Positions 47,546 to 57,367 of a stretch of DNA of 64,000 nucleotides are shown here, piece after piece. Position 1 is the stretch's first letter; the number at the start of each line of letters is the position of its first letter. The position numbers and the translations under genes were made by a program. The notes beneath the pieces are model-generated. The model searched no databases. It saw only the letters and a program-made list of their open reading frames with translations, and was not told where the DNA came from. Origin of the DNA: an uncultured Thermus sp. (GTDB lineage: Bacteria > Deinococcota > Deinococci > Deinococcales > Thermaceae); assembly GCA_947085095.1 (NCBI GenBank), contig CAMTVD010000022.1, positions 32,001 through 96,000 on the forward strand, given 5' to 3'.

Positions 47546-49539
47546 GCCGTCTCCGCTGGCGTCTCCTTTCCCTTCCCCCCCTCGCGGAGTGGCGGGAGGT
47601 GATGGCCGCCTTTGGGGTGGGGCCTGAGGCGGCCTTGGCCCTCTGGCACCGGGGGGTGCGGAGGCCCGAGGACCTGGACCCGCCCTTGCGCCTCCTGCCC
47701 CTAAAGGGCCTGGAGGAGGCCACCGACCTCCTCCTCAAGGCCATTCGGGAGGGGAAGCGGATCCGCATCCACGGGGACTACGACGCCGACGGCCTCACGG
47801 GCACGGCCATCCTGGTGCGGGGCCTTTCCGCCTTGGGGGCCAAGGTCCACCCCTTCATCCCCCACCGCCTGGAGGAGGGCTACGGGGTCCTCAGGGAGCG
47901 GGTCCCCGAGCACCTCCTGGCCGCCGAGGTCTTTCTCACCGTGGACTGCGGCATCGCCAACCACGCGGAGCTTGGGGAGCTTTTGGAAAACGGAGTGGAG
48001 GTTTTGGTCACCGACCACCACACCCCCAGGGACACACCTCCCCCCGGGGTGGTCCTCCACCCCGCCTACACCCCGGGCCTGGGGGAGCACCCCACGGGGG
48101 CGGGGGTGGCCTTCCTCCTCCTTTGGGCTCTTTACGAGAGGCTTTCCCTTCCCCCTCCCCTGGAGTACGCCGACCTAGCCGCCATGGGCACCATCGCCGA
48201 CGTGGCTCCCCTTTGGGGCTGGAACCGGGCCCTGGTCAAGGAGGGCCTGGGCCGGATACCCGCCTCTTCCTGGGTGGGCCTCAGGCTCCTGGCCCAGGCC
48301 GTGGGGTACACGGGGAAGGCCGATGAGGTGGCCTTCCGCCTCGCCCCCCGCATCAACGCCGCAAGCCGCCTGGGGGAGGCGGAAAAGGCCCTGCGGCTCC
48401 TCCTTACGGACAGCGAAGAGGAGGCCCGCGCCTTGGTGGAGGAGCTAAACCGCCTCAACGCCCACCGCCAGGCCATAGAGGAGAAGATGCTCCAGCGCCT
48501 CCTGCCCCAGGTGGACCCGGAGGAGCGGGCCATCGTCCTCCGGGACGAGGAGGGGCACCCCGGGGTCATGGGGATTGTGGCGAGCCGGATCCTGGAGGCC
48601 ACCCAGAGGCCCGTCTTCCTGGTGGCCCGGGGTAAGGGTACGGTGCGGAGCCTTCCCCCCATCAGCGCCGTGGAGGCCCTGAGGAGCGTGGAGGACCTCC
48701 TCCAGCGCTTTGGGGGGCATAGGGAGGCCGCGGGCTTCGCCATGGACGAGGCCCGCTTTCCCGAGCTGAAAAAGAGGCTTCTGGAATACGCCGCCCGCTT
48801 CCCTGATCCCAGGCCGGAGGTTCCTATCCTCGCTCCCCTGCCCACGCTTTCCCTCCTCCCCCAGGTCTACCGGGAGCTTAGGTCCCTGGAGCCCCACGGG
48901 GCGGGAAACCCCGAGTCCCTCTTCCTCCTTTCCGGGACCCCGGAGGAGGTGCGCACCCTGGGGGAGGGGAGGCACCTGGCCTTCCGGCTCCAGGGGGTGC
49001 GGGTGGTGGCCTGGCGCATGGGGGGGGTGGAGGTGCCTATGGAGGTGGAGGTGGCGGGGCTCCTCACGGAAAACGCCTGGAACGGGAGCGTGAGCTACGA
49101 GGTCCAGGCGGCCCACCTGCGGGAGCCCGGGGAGCTATTGGGAGGCGTGGAGCCCTTCGCCTTTCCCCTCTCCCTGCCCGAGGCCCTGGCCCGGGCCAGG
49201 ATGGGGGAGGGGGTGTACGTTCCCGAGGAGAACCGGGAGGGCCTGGAGTACGCCAGAAGCGCGGGCTTCCGCCTCCTTCCCCCGGAGGAGGCCCCTCTCT
49301 GGCTTGGCCTTCCCCCCCATAGGGTGGCCGTGGGCCGGGTGGAGGTGGCCTTGGGCCGGGAGACCCGGGCCAGGCTGGCTTCGCCTCCGATCCTGGCCAC
49401 GGCGGCGGAGAGGCTCAGATCCCTGATCGCCCGCCGCCTCCTCCTGGCCTACGAGAAGGGGCACGCCCCCCTTTTCAGCGAGGCCCTTTTGGCCTACTGG
49501 GAGGTGCACCGTGTACAAGCAGCCGCGGGAAGCCCATGA
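47542..49539 (+). CDS. recJ: Single-stranded DNA exonuclease RecJ
   Basis: HGDYDADG, TVDCG, TDHH, PRINAASR, GGHREAAG. Confidence 0.95.
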   Translation: MSRLRWRLLSLPPLAEWREVMAAFGVGPEAALALWHRGVRRPEDLDPPLRLLPLKGLEEATDLLLKAIREGKRIRIHGDYDADGLTGTAILVRGLSALGAKVHPFIPHRLEEGYGVLRERVPEHLLAAEVFLTVDCGIANHAELGELLENGVEVLVTDHHTPRDTPPPGVVLHPAYTPGLGEHPTGAGVAFLLLWALYERLSLPPPLEYADLAAMGTIADVAPLWGWNRALVKEGLGRIPASSWVGLRLLAQAVGYTGKADEVAFRLAPRINAASRLGEAEKALRLLLTDSEEEARALVEELNRLNAHRQAIEEKMLQRLLPQVDPEERAIVLRDEEGHPGVMGIVASRILEATQRPVFLVARGKGTVRSLPPISAVEALRSVEDLLQRFGGHREAAGFAMDEARFPELKKRLLEYAARFPDPRPEVPILAPLPTLSLLPQVYRELRSLEPHGAGNPESLFLLSGTPEEVRTLGEGRHLAFRLQGVRVVAWRMGGVEVPMEVEVAGLLTENAWNGSVSYEVQAAHLREPGELLGGVEPFAFPLSLPEALARARMGEGVYVPEENREGLEYARSAGFRLLPPEEAPLWLGLPPHRVAVGRVEVALGRETRARLASPPILATAAERLRSLIARRLLLAYEKGHAPLFSEALLAYWEVHRVQAAAGSP

Positions 49540-50074
49540 GGCGAGGATCTACACCGGGGCCTACCGGGTCTACGGCCTCATCCACCTGGTGCCGGGCTCG
49601 GGCACCGGGGACCTCCTCAACGTGGAAAAGGCCTACCTGCCGGTGACCGGGGCCTTGGTCTACACCCCCGGCTTCCACCACCCCCCCAGGGCGGAGGAGC
49701 TCAAGGCCAGCACCGGCTTTCTCGCCCTGAGGAAGGAAAGGATCCAGTGGGTGGTGGGCGGCAGGCCAGCTGAACCCCGCACCAGCCCCGGCCTTCTGGA
49801 GAGGCGCCGCCTGGCCTTCCTCTTCGGGGACTGCCTCTTGGCGGGCGAGCTCCGAGTGCCCAAGGGGGCGCGGCTTTCCGACTTCCTCTCCCAGGCCAAG
49901 CCCTTCCAGACCCTCCTCGAGGCCAGCCTCTATGCCCTGACCCCGGATAAGCCCATCGTGGACCTGGAGCCCTTGGAGCGCTTCCCCTTCCTCACCGTGA
50001 ACCTGCGCCTGGCGGAGGGGGTGGCCGAGGCCCCCGGGGAACCCCACCACCCCAGGCTCACCCTATTTGGCTGA
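49511..50074 (+). CDS. Hypothetical protein with two tandem homologous domains
   Basis: GLIHL...DLLN..YLPV and GELRV...SDFL..FQTL halves. Confidence 0.7.
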   Translation: MYKQPREAHEARIYTGAYRVYGLIHLVPGSGTGDLLNVEKAYLPVTGALVYTPGFHHPPRAEELKASTGFLALRKERIQWVVGGRPAEPRTSPGLLERRRLAFLFGDCLLAGELRVPKGARLSDFLSQAKPFQTLLEASLYALTPDKPIVDLEPLERFPFLTVNLRLAEGVAEAPGEPHHPRLTLFG

Positions 50075-52646
50075 GGGCCTCGCGGATCCTTTCCGCCTGG
50101 GCCAGGTTTTCCCTTAGCCTGGCCTCCTCGGCCTCCACCACCTCCCTTGGCGCCTTCTCCCGGAAACCAGGGGCGGAGAGCTTCCTTTGGCTCCTTTCCG
50201 CCAGCTCCCATAGCTCCTGGAGGCGCTTCTCCTGGCGGCGCTTCCACTCCTCCACGTCCAGAAGGCCCTCTAAGGGCATCCTCACCGTCACCCGGGGCAT
50301 GGCCTTGACCAGGGCCTTTTCCGGGCGCTTTTCTAGAAGCTCGGCCCGGGCCAGGAAGCGGAAGACGGGAAGATTTTCCCTGACCGGGGCGGCATCCCCT
50401 TCTAGGTAGACCCTGACCTCGGCCCCCTGGGGAAGCCCCGCCTCCGCCTTCAGAGCCCGCACCGCCGTCACCGCCTGCTTCAGAACCTCAAACTGGGCCT
50501 CGGCTAGGGGGTCTTTCTCCCCGGGTTCGGGCCAGGGCTCCAGGGCCAGCTCCTCCTTCCCCGTGAGGGCCTGGTAGAGCTCGCTGGTGAGGAAGGGCAT
50601 GATGGGGTGGAGGAGCTTGAGGAGGGCGGCCAGGGTCTCCTCCAAAGTCCTCAGGGTGTGGGCGTTCCCCGCCTTCAGGGCGGGCTTGGAGGCCTCCAGG
50701 TACCAGTCGCAGAACTCGCTCCAGATGAGCTCGTAGGCCTCCCGGGCCGCCTGGGCCAGGTCCAGGGCCTCGTAAAGGGCGGTGATCTCCTCAATCCCCC
50801 GGGCGAGGCGGCTTTTCATGAAGCGGTCCGCCAGGGTGGGGGCGTCCTCCTTGGTGGCGAATCCCTCCCGGGAGAGGAGGACGAAGCGGGCGGCGTTGAA
50901 GAGCTTGTTGGCGAAGTTCCTGGCCATCTCCAGCCAGCGGAGGTCCAGCCTCACATCCTGCCCCCCCGTGGCCAGGTAGGTGAGGGCGAAGCGGAGGGCA
51001 TCGGCCCCGTAGCGCTCCACCATTTCCAGGGGGTCAATGACGTTCCCCTTGGACTTGGACATCTTCTGCCCCTTCTCGTCCAGGACCAGGCCGTGGAGGA
51101 GGACGGTCTTGAAGGGCCTTTCCCCCAGGAAGTGGTAGCCGGAGACCTCCATGCGGGAAACCCAGAGGAAGAGAATATCGTACCCCGTGACCAGGACGTC
51201 CCCGGGGTAGAAGGCCTTCAGGTCCTCGGTTTCCTCGGGCCAGCCCAGGGTGGAAAGGGGCCAGAGGGCAGAGGAGAACCAGGTGTCAAAGACGTCCTCG
51301 TCGCGCCTCAGGTTCTGGCTTCCGCAGGCCTCGCAGGCCGTGGGGTCCTCCAGGTAGCTTTCCGGCTTGGGGACGTTCACCGCCTGGCAGTTCTGGCAGT
51401 ACCAGGCGGGAATCTGGTGCCCCCACCAGAGCTGCCTGGATACGTTCCAGTCTTTGACGTTCCTGAGCCAGTCTATGTTGACCTTCTTCCACCTTTCGGG
51501 GACGAAGGCGATCTCGTTCGCCTCGAGGCCCCTCAGGACCTCCTCCGCCAGGGGCTTCATCCGGAGCCACCACTGGGGGAATTGAGCGTACTCCAATGGG
51601 GTGCCGCAACGGGAGCAGGTGGCGAGGGCGATGGTGTAGTCCTCCTCCCTCACCAGGTGGCCCGCCTCCCGGAAGAGCTCCACCGCCTTCCTCCGGGCCT
51701 CAAAGCGGTCCAGGCCCCTCAGGGCCTCGGGGACCCTCTCCCCCTCCATCCGGCCCTCGAGGTTGATGACGGAGACGGGCTTGAGGCCGTGCCTTTCCCC
51801 GATCTCGTAGTCCAGGGGGTCGTGGGCCGGGGTGACCTTCAAGGCTCCGGTGCCGAACTCCCGCTCCACGGCGGGGTCGGCCAGGATGGGGATCCAGATC
51901 TCCGTGAGGGGGATGCGGGCCTTTTTGCCCACGAGGCCCTGGTAGCGCTCGTCCTCGGGGTGGACGGCGATGGCCTGGTCGGCGAAGACGGTCTCAGGGC
52001 GAACGGTGGCGATCTCAATGAGGCCGCCCCCCTCCACCTCGTAGCGGAGGGTGTAGAGCCTGCCCGGGGTGGGCTCGGTTTCCACCTCCAGATCGGAGAG
52101 GGTGGTCTCGCACCGGGGGCACCAGTTGACCAGGCGGGGGGCCCGGTAGGCCAGGCCCTCGTGGTAGTAGCGGCAGAAGGCGTAGCGCACCGCCCGGGAG
52201 CGGGCTTCGTCCATGGTGAAGGCCTCCCGGCTCCAGTCGGCGCTGGCCCCCAGGCGCTTGAGCTGCCTCAAGATGGTCCCCCCGGACTCCTCCTTCCACT
52301 GCCAGACCCGCTTTAAAAACTCCTCCCGCCCCAGGTCGTGCCGGGTCTTGCCCTCCTTGAGGAGGAGCCTTTCCACCACCACCTGGGTGGCGATGCCGGC
52401 GTGGTCGGTGCCGGGAAGCCAGACCGCTTCAAACCCCCGCATGCGCTTGTAGCGGATGAGGGCGTCCTGGAGGGAGTTGTCCAGGGCGTGGCCCATGTGC
52501 AGGCTTCCGGTGACGTTGGGGGGCGGCATGAAGATGACAAAGGGGGGCTTGCCGCTTTTGGGGTTGGCCACGAAGGGGTTTTCCGCCCACTTCTTGGCCC
52601 ACTTGGGTTCCACGGACTTGGGGTCGTAGGCCTTGGGCAGGTCCAT
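50058..52646 (-). CDS. valS: Valine--tRNA ligase
   Basis: MDLPKAYDP, PPPNVTGSLHMGH, DTWFSS, KMSKS. Confidence 0.97.
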   Translation of the reverse strand: MDLPKAYDPKSVEPKWAKKWAENPFVANPKSGKPPFVIFMPPPNVTGSLHMGHALDNSLQDALIRYKRMRGFEAVWLPGTDHAGIATQVVVERLLLKEGKTRHDLGREEFLKRVWQWKEESGGTILRQLKRLGASADWSREAFTMDEARSRAVRYAFCRYYHEGLAYRAPRLVNWCPRCETTLSDLEVETEPTPGRLYTLRYEVEGGGLIEIATVRPETVFADQAIAVHPEDERYQGLVGKKARIPLTEIWIPILADPAVEREFGTGALKVTPAHDPLDYEIGERHGLKPVSVINLEGRMEGERVPEALRGLDRFEARRKAVELFREAGHLVREEDYTIALATCSRCGTPLEYAQFPQWWLRMKPLAEEVLRGLEANEIAFVPERWKKVNIDWLRNVKDWNVSRQLWWGHQIPAWYCQNCQAVNVPKPESYLEDPTACEACGSQNLRRDEDVFDTWFSSALWPLSTLGWPEETEDLKAFYPGDVLVTGYDILFLWVSRMEVSGYHFLGERPFKTVLLHGLVLDEKGQKMSKSKGNVIDPLEMVERYGADALRFALTYLATGGQDVRLDLRWLEMARNFANKLFNAARFVLLSREGFATKEDAPTLADRFMKSRLARGIEEITALYEALDLAQAAREAYELIWSEFCDWYLEASKPALKAGNAHTLRTLEETLAALLKLLHPIMPFLTSELYQALTGKEELALEPWPEPGEKDPLAEAQFEVLKQAVTAVRALKAEAGLPQGAEVRVYLEGDAAPVRENLPVFRFLARAELLEKRPEKALVKAMPRVTVRMPLEGLLDVEEWKRRQEKRLQELWELAERSQRKLSAPGFREKAPREVVEAEEARLRENLAQAERIREALSQIG

Positions 52647-52688
52647 GCTACCCACCACTTTACCCGCGAGTGCTAGGATGGGGCTAGC

Positions 52689-53236
52689 ATGGGAGAAGCG
52701 GCCCGGGTTCTTCCCATGAGCCTCGAGGCCTACCTGGAGTGGGAGGCGCAAAGCCCCGAGCGCCACGAGCTGGTGGAGGGGATTCCCTACGCCATGGCCG
52801 GGGCCAGCCAGGCCCAGAGCCTCCTGGTGCAGAACCTGGCCTTTCTCCTGAGGGCCCCTGCCCGGGCCAAGGGTTGCCGCTTCTACACGGAAACGGTGAA
52901 GCTGAAGGCTTCCCAAAGCACCCTCTACTACCCGGACCTCATGGTGGTGTGCGGGTCCTTCTCCTCCCATCCCCTTTACGAGGAGGCCCCTTGCCTGGTG
53001 GCCGAGGTGGGGAGCGCCTGGACCGGGGAGAGAAGCGCCTCGCTTACCTGAGCCTGCCTTCCCTGAAGGCCTACCTCCTGGTGAGCGCCCAAGAGCCCCT
53101 GGTGGAGGTCTACCGAAAGACCGAAGGGGGTGTGGTTCACGAGGTCTATACCGAGGGCCAGGTACCCCTGGCCTGCCTCGAGGCCAGCCTGGACCTCCTC
53201 ACCCTCTACGAGGGGGTGGAGCCCGAGAGGGCGTAG
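52689..53236 (+). pseudogene. Uma2-family endonuclease, frameshifted
   Basis: N-half (ERHELVEG..AMAG, YYPDLMV, CLVAEV) and C-half (LDRGEKRLAYLSLPSLKAYLLV) lie in different frames, switching near 53010. Confidence 0.85.
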
Positions 53237-53850
53237 AGGTAGTACCGCCCCTCCCCCAGGGGGAAGAAGGCCTCCTCGTAGGCCAGGCCCTCTATGGGGG
53301 TGTCTGGTGGAAGGGGGAGATGGAAGCCCCCCACCCTTATCCCCTCGGGGAGGACCTCTAGAACGCCTTGGGCCACTTCCTGGCTTTCCCCTTCGGGGTC
53401 GTTCAAAGGGGTGTAGAGGAGACGCACGGGAAGGCCCTTTAGGCTTTGGAGTACGTTGCTTTCCTCCCGGAAAAGGGCCCGGTGGAGGAGCCTCTCCTCC
53501 GCCTCGGCCACCTCGCCCAAAAGGGCGTAGCGGTCCAGGGGCAAAAGGGCCTTTCCCCCTTCCAGGAGGAGCAAGAAGCGGGTGCGGTCCTCCTGGGAGA
53601 GGAGGACGGGGGCCTTGCCCCGGCCCACTTGGGGATCCTGGTCCAGGTTTCCCTGGAGGAGGGCCTTGGCGGCCTCCAGGGCCTCCTCCCGGGTGGGGTA
53701 GAGGCTGTAGGGGTTCACCTTGAAGAGGAGGTCGTAGCCCCTGGGTCCTTGGACCAGCCAGGCCAGGTGAAGCTCATAGAACCGTTTCTTCTGCCACTGG
53801 GGGTACACCTGCGAGTATAGATGAAAACTGTGAGGTCGTGCCTTGCTCAA
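53206..53850 (-). CDS. Hypothetical protein
   Basis: 214-aa ORF with host-like codon usage, divergent from mrp; start uncertain. Confidence 0.7.
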   Translation of the reverse strand: MSKARPHSFHLYSQVYPQWQKKRFYELHLAWLVQGPRGYDLLFKVNPYSLYPTREEALEAAKALLQGNLDQDPQVGRGKAPVLLSQEDRTRFLLLLEGGKALLPLDRYALLGEVAEAEERLLHRALFREESNVLQSLKGLPVRLLYTPLNDPEGESQEVAQGVLEVLPEGIRVGGFHLPLPPDTPIEGLAYEEAFFPLGEGRYYLYALSGSTPS

Positions 53851-53880
53851 AACTTTCCCCTGGTATACCCTAGCGGCGGT

Positions 53881-54933
53881 ATGGCGCTATCCGAAGAGCG
53901 GGTCCTCGAGGCCCTGAGAGGGGTCATGGACCCCGAGCTGGGCAAAGACCTGGTCTCCCTGGGCATGGTGGGGGAGATCCACCTGGAGGGGCAGAAGGTG
54001 GACCTCCTCATCCACCTCACCACCCCGGCCTGTCCCCTGAAGGGGCAGATAGAGGCGGACATCCGGCGGGCCCTCATGCCCCTGGGCCTAGAGGAGGTGC
54101 GGGTGCGCTTTGGCGGCGGGGTGCGCCCTCCCGAGCAGTACCCCATCCCTGGGGTCAAGCACGTGGTGGCCGTGGCCTCGGGCAAGGGGGGGGTGGGGAA
54201 GAGCACCGTGGCCGCCAACCTGGCCCTGGCCCTGAGCCGGGAGGGAGCCCAGGTGGGCCTCCTGGACGCTGACCTCTACGGACCCAGCCAGGCCAAGATG
54301 TTTGGCCTCGAGGGGGAGAGGCTCAAGGTGGACGGAAACCGCCGCATCCTGCCCCTTTTGGCCCACGGGATCAAGGTCCTCTCCATGGCCAACATCGTTC
54401 CCCCGGGCCAGGCCATGATCTGGCGGGGGCCCATCCTCCACGGGACCCTCAAGCAGTTCCTGGAGGACGTGAACTGGGGGGAGCTGGACTATTTGGTGGT
54501 GGACCTGCCCCCGGGCACCGGGGACGTGCAACTCTCCCTCACCCAGCTCACCCGGGTCTCCGGGGGGGTGATCGTCACCACCCCCCAGGAGGTGGCCCTC
54601 ATAGACGCGGAGCGGGCCGCGGACATGTTCAAGAAGGTCCAGGTGCCCGTCCTGGGGGTCCTGGAGAACATGAGCGCCTTCCTTTGCCCCCATTGCGGCA
54701 AGCCCACCCCCATCTTCGGGGAAGGGGGTGGGAGGAGGCTTTCGGAGAAGCTGAAGGCCCGCTTTCTGGGGGAGATCCCCCTCACCCTCCCCCTTAGGGA
54801 GAGCGGGGACCGGGGCGTTCCCATCGTGGCCGCCGACCCCGAGGGCCTCGAGGCCCAGGCCTTCATGGGGGCAGCTCGGGAACTCGCCGCCGCCCTCAGC
54901 GTCCAGGCCTTCATCGCCCTACCCATGGCCTAA
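53881..54933 (+). CDS. mrp: Mrp/ApbC Fe-S cluster carrier ATPase
   Basis: DPELGKDLV, TTPACP, SGKGGVGKST, DLPPGTGD, ENMSAFLCPHC. Confidence 0.93.
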   Translation: MALSEERVLEALRGVMDPELGKDLVSLGMVGEIHLEGQKVDLLIHLTTPACPLKGQIEADIRRALMPLGLEEVRVRFGGGVRPPEQYPIPGVKHVVAVASGKGGVGKSTVAANLALALSREGAQVGLLDADLYGPSQAKMFGLEGERLKVDGNRRILPLLAHGIKVLSMANIVPPGQAMIWRGPILHGTLKQFLEDVNWGELDYLVVDLPPGTGDVQLSLTQLTRVSGGVIVTTPQEVALIDAERAADMFKKVQVPVLGVLENMSAFLCPHCGKPTPIFGEGGGRRLSEKLKARFLGEIPLTLPLRESGDRGVPIVAADPEGLEAQAFMGAARELAAALSVQAFIALPMA

Positions 54934-54934
54934 C

Positions 54935-55531
54935 ATGGCTCTTCTTTTGGAAGGCACCAAGGAAAAGGTCCTGGAGCTCCTCAGGGCCCATCCCCTCACC
55001 GCCAAGGAGGTGGCCGAGACCCTGGGCCTAAGCCGGGCCGCCATCGGCAAGCACCTCCAGGACCTGGAGGCCCGGGGCCTGGTGCGCTCCGAGGTGAAGC
55101 GGTGCCCAAGCCGGGGGCGCCCCTACCGCCTCTACCGGGCCCAGGACGGGGAAAGCCCCTACGCCCTCCTCTGCGGGGACGTGCTCAAGGGTATGGAGGC
55201 GGCTCTGGGACGGGAGGGGGTGGTGGCCTTCCTCCTGGAGCGGAACCGGAGCCGCCTGGCCCCCTTGCGCCTCGAGGCCCTTCCCTTAAGGGAGAAGCTC
55301 CGCCGCCTGGCCCAGCACCTGAGGGAAGAGGGGTACGAGGCGGAGGTGGTGGAGGAGGAGGGGCGGCTTTACCTGTGCCAGAGGCGTTGCCCGAAGCTCG
55401 CCCTTTCCCGGGAGCACGAGGCCCTTTGCCAAAGCGAGCTCTTGGCCTACCAGGAGGTTTTAGGCCTGCCCCTTTTGCGGGAGGAGCGGATCGCCGAAGG
55501 GGGAAGTTGCTGCCGCTACCGGGTAGAATAG
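54935..55531 (+). CDS. HTH regulator with C-terminal Cys cluster (SufR-like)
   Basis: N-terminal wHTH, GRP motif, CQRRCP...LCQSE...CC. Confidence 0.8.
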   Translation: MALLLEGTKEKVLELLRAHPLTAKEVAETLGLSRAAIGKHLQDLEARGLVRSEVKRCPSRGRPYRLYRAQDGESPYALLCGDVLKGMEAALGREGVVAFLLERNRSRLAPLRLEALPLREKLRRLAQHLREEGYEAEVVEEEGRLYLCQRRCPKLALSREHEALCQSELLAYQEVLGLPLLREERIAEGGSCCRYRVE

Positions 55532-55535
55532 CGGG

Positions 55536-56294
55536 GTGTGGGTCTACCGCCTGAAGGGCACCCCGTGGGAGCTGGACGCCCTCATCCCCGAGCTCTTTGA
55601 CCGGGGGGCCCGGGGGCTTCTGGAGGGGGAGGGGGAGGTCCTGGCCTACTTCCCCGCCCCAAGGGACCTCCCCTATGGCGGGGAGTGGGAGGAGCTTCCC
55701 GATGAGGACTGGCTAGAGGCCTGGCGGCGGGACCTGAAGCCTGCCCTGGCCCCTCCTTTTGTGGTCCTGGCCCCCTGGCATGTCTGGGAGGGGGAGGGAA
55801 TCCCCCTGGTCCTGGAGCCTGGCATGGCCTTCGGCACCGGGCACCACGAGACCACCCGCCTGGCCCTCATGGCCCTGGCCCGGCACCTTTCCCCGGGGGA
55901 GAAGGTTCTGGACCTGGGCACGGGGAGCGGCATCCTGGCCATCGCCGCCGAGAAGCTGGGGGGAAAGGCCTTGGGCGTGGACATAGACCCCGCCGTCCTC
56001 CCCCAGGCGGAGGTGAACGCCAAGGCCAACGGGGTCGCCCCGCGGTTTCTCCTGGGGAGCCTCGAGGCCGCCCTCCCCTTCGCCCCCTTCGGCCTCATCG
56101 TGGCCAACCTCTTCGCCGAGCTCCACGCCGAGCTTGCCCCCCTCTACCGCGGGGCCCTGGCCCCTGGGGGGAGGCTCCTCCTCACGGGGATCCTCAAGGA
56201 GAAGGCCCACCTGGTAAGGGCCGCCCTGGAGGACCTTCCCCTTGTGGAGGAGGAGGCCGAGGGGGAGTGGGTCCTTCTGGCCTACCGGAGGTGA
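55536..56294 (+). CDS. prmA: Ribosomal protein L11 methyltransferase
   Basis: PGMAFGTGHHETT, LDLGTGSGILAI, VANL. Confidence 0.95.
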   Translation: MWVYRLKGTPWELDALIPELFDRGARGLLEGEGEVLAYFPAPRDLPYGGEWEELPDEDWLEAWRRDLKPALAPPFVVLAPWHVWEGEGIPLVLEPGMAFGTGHHETTRLALMALARHLSPGEKVLDLGTGSGILAIAAEKLGGKALGVDIDPAVLPQAEVNAKANGVAPRFLLGSLEAALPFAPFGLIVANLFAELHAELAPLYRGALAPGGRLLLTGILKEKAHLVRAALEDLPLVEEEAEGEWVLLAYRR

Positions 56295-56297
56295 GGC

Positions 56298-56984
56298 GTG
56301 AGGCCCCACCGCGCCTTCAGCCCCGGCCTCACCGGCCTCCTCCCCCTGGAGGAGGGCCGCCACCTGGTGGAGGTCCTTAGGGCCAAGGTGGGGGACCGGT
56401 TCACCGTATTTGACGAAAGCCGCGAGGCCCTGGCCGAGGTGGTGGACCTGGGCCCCCCGGTCCGCTACCGCCTTTTGGAGGAGCGGAGGCCGGAGCGGGA
56501 GGTGGGGGTGGAGGTGGTCCTCTACATGGCCCTCCTCAAGGGGGACAAGCTTTCCGAGGTGGTGCGGGCGGCCACGGAGCTTGGGGCCACCAGGATCCAG
56601 CCCCTCATCACCCGCCACGCTGTGCCCAAGGAGATGGGGGAGGGGAAGCTGAGGCGGCTCCAGGCCATCGCCAAGGAGGCGGCCAAGCAGTCGGGGAGGC
56701 TTGCCGTCCCCGAGGTCCTTCCCCCCATCCCCCTGGAGGCGGTGCCGGAAGTGGCCCAGGGCCTGGTGGCCCATGTGGGGGCCAGAGCCCTGGTGCGGGA
56801 GGTCTTGGACCTGGACAAGCCCCTGGCCCTGGCGGTGGGGCCGGAGGGAGGGTTCGCTGCAGAGGAGGTGGCCCTCCTGCGGGAGCGGGGCTTTACCCCG
56901 GTGAGTCTGGGGCGGCGGATCCTCAGGGCGGAGACGGCGGCCCTCGCCCTTCTGGCCCTGGTCACCGCCGGGGAGGGGAGATGA
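56298..56984 (+). CDS. rsmE: 16S rRNA m3U1498 methyltransferase
   Basis: HLVEVLR, ATELG, EAAKQSGR, VGPEGG, LGRRILRAETA. Confidence 0.95.
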   Translation: MRPHRAFSPGLTGLLPLEEGRHLVEVLRAKVGDRFTVFDESREALAEVVDLGPPVRYRLLEERRPEREVGVEVVLYMALLKGDKLSEVVRAATELGATRIQPLITRHAVPKEMGEGKLRRLQAIAKEAAKQSGRLAVPEVLPPIPLEAVPEVAQGLVAHVGARALVREVLDLDKPLALAVGPEGGFAAEEVALLRERGFTPVSLGRRILRAETAALALLALVTAGEGR

Positions 56985-57367
56985 GGGGGCTTGTCCTGTT
57001 GCTCCTTTTGCTTTCCGCCTGCCGCTACACCTTCCTGCCCCTGGACCCGGGAAGGCCGGGGGTCCCGCAAAGGCCCTTCCTGGTGGCCCGGCTCTTCCCG
57101 GAAGGGGAGGAGGCCAGGCTCGTCCTAAAGGTGGAGCGGCTTCCCCAGGCGGGCTACCTCCACCTCAAGTGGTACCGGGAGGCGGAGCTCCTGAAGGAGA
57201 GGGCCCTCTTCCTGGAGGGGCCTGGGGTCCTCGAGGCCCGCTTTCCCCTTTCTGAGGGGTACCACCGCCTGGTGGGGTTTTGGGGGGAGCGGGTCCTCTT
57301 CCAGCTGGACCTGGGCACCCCCGCCCTACCGGAGGCCGATGAGGAGGAGGACCAGGGGAACCGTTAG
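56981..57367 (+). CDS. Hypothetical lipoprotein
   Basis: Lipobox LSAC after a hydrophobic signal. Confidence 0.75.
   Translation: MRGLVLLLLLLSACRYTFLPLDPGRPGVPQRPFLVARLFPEGEEARLVLKVERLPQAGYLHLKWYREAELLKERALFLEGPGVLEARFPLSEGYHRLVGFWGERVLFQLDLGTPALPEADEEEDQGNR

Noticed and set aside
52647..52970. N-terminal extension of ValS in the ORF track (970 aa)
   Set aside because: The extension is antisense to the Uma2 gene; the family-like start MDLPKAYDP is at 52646.
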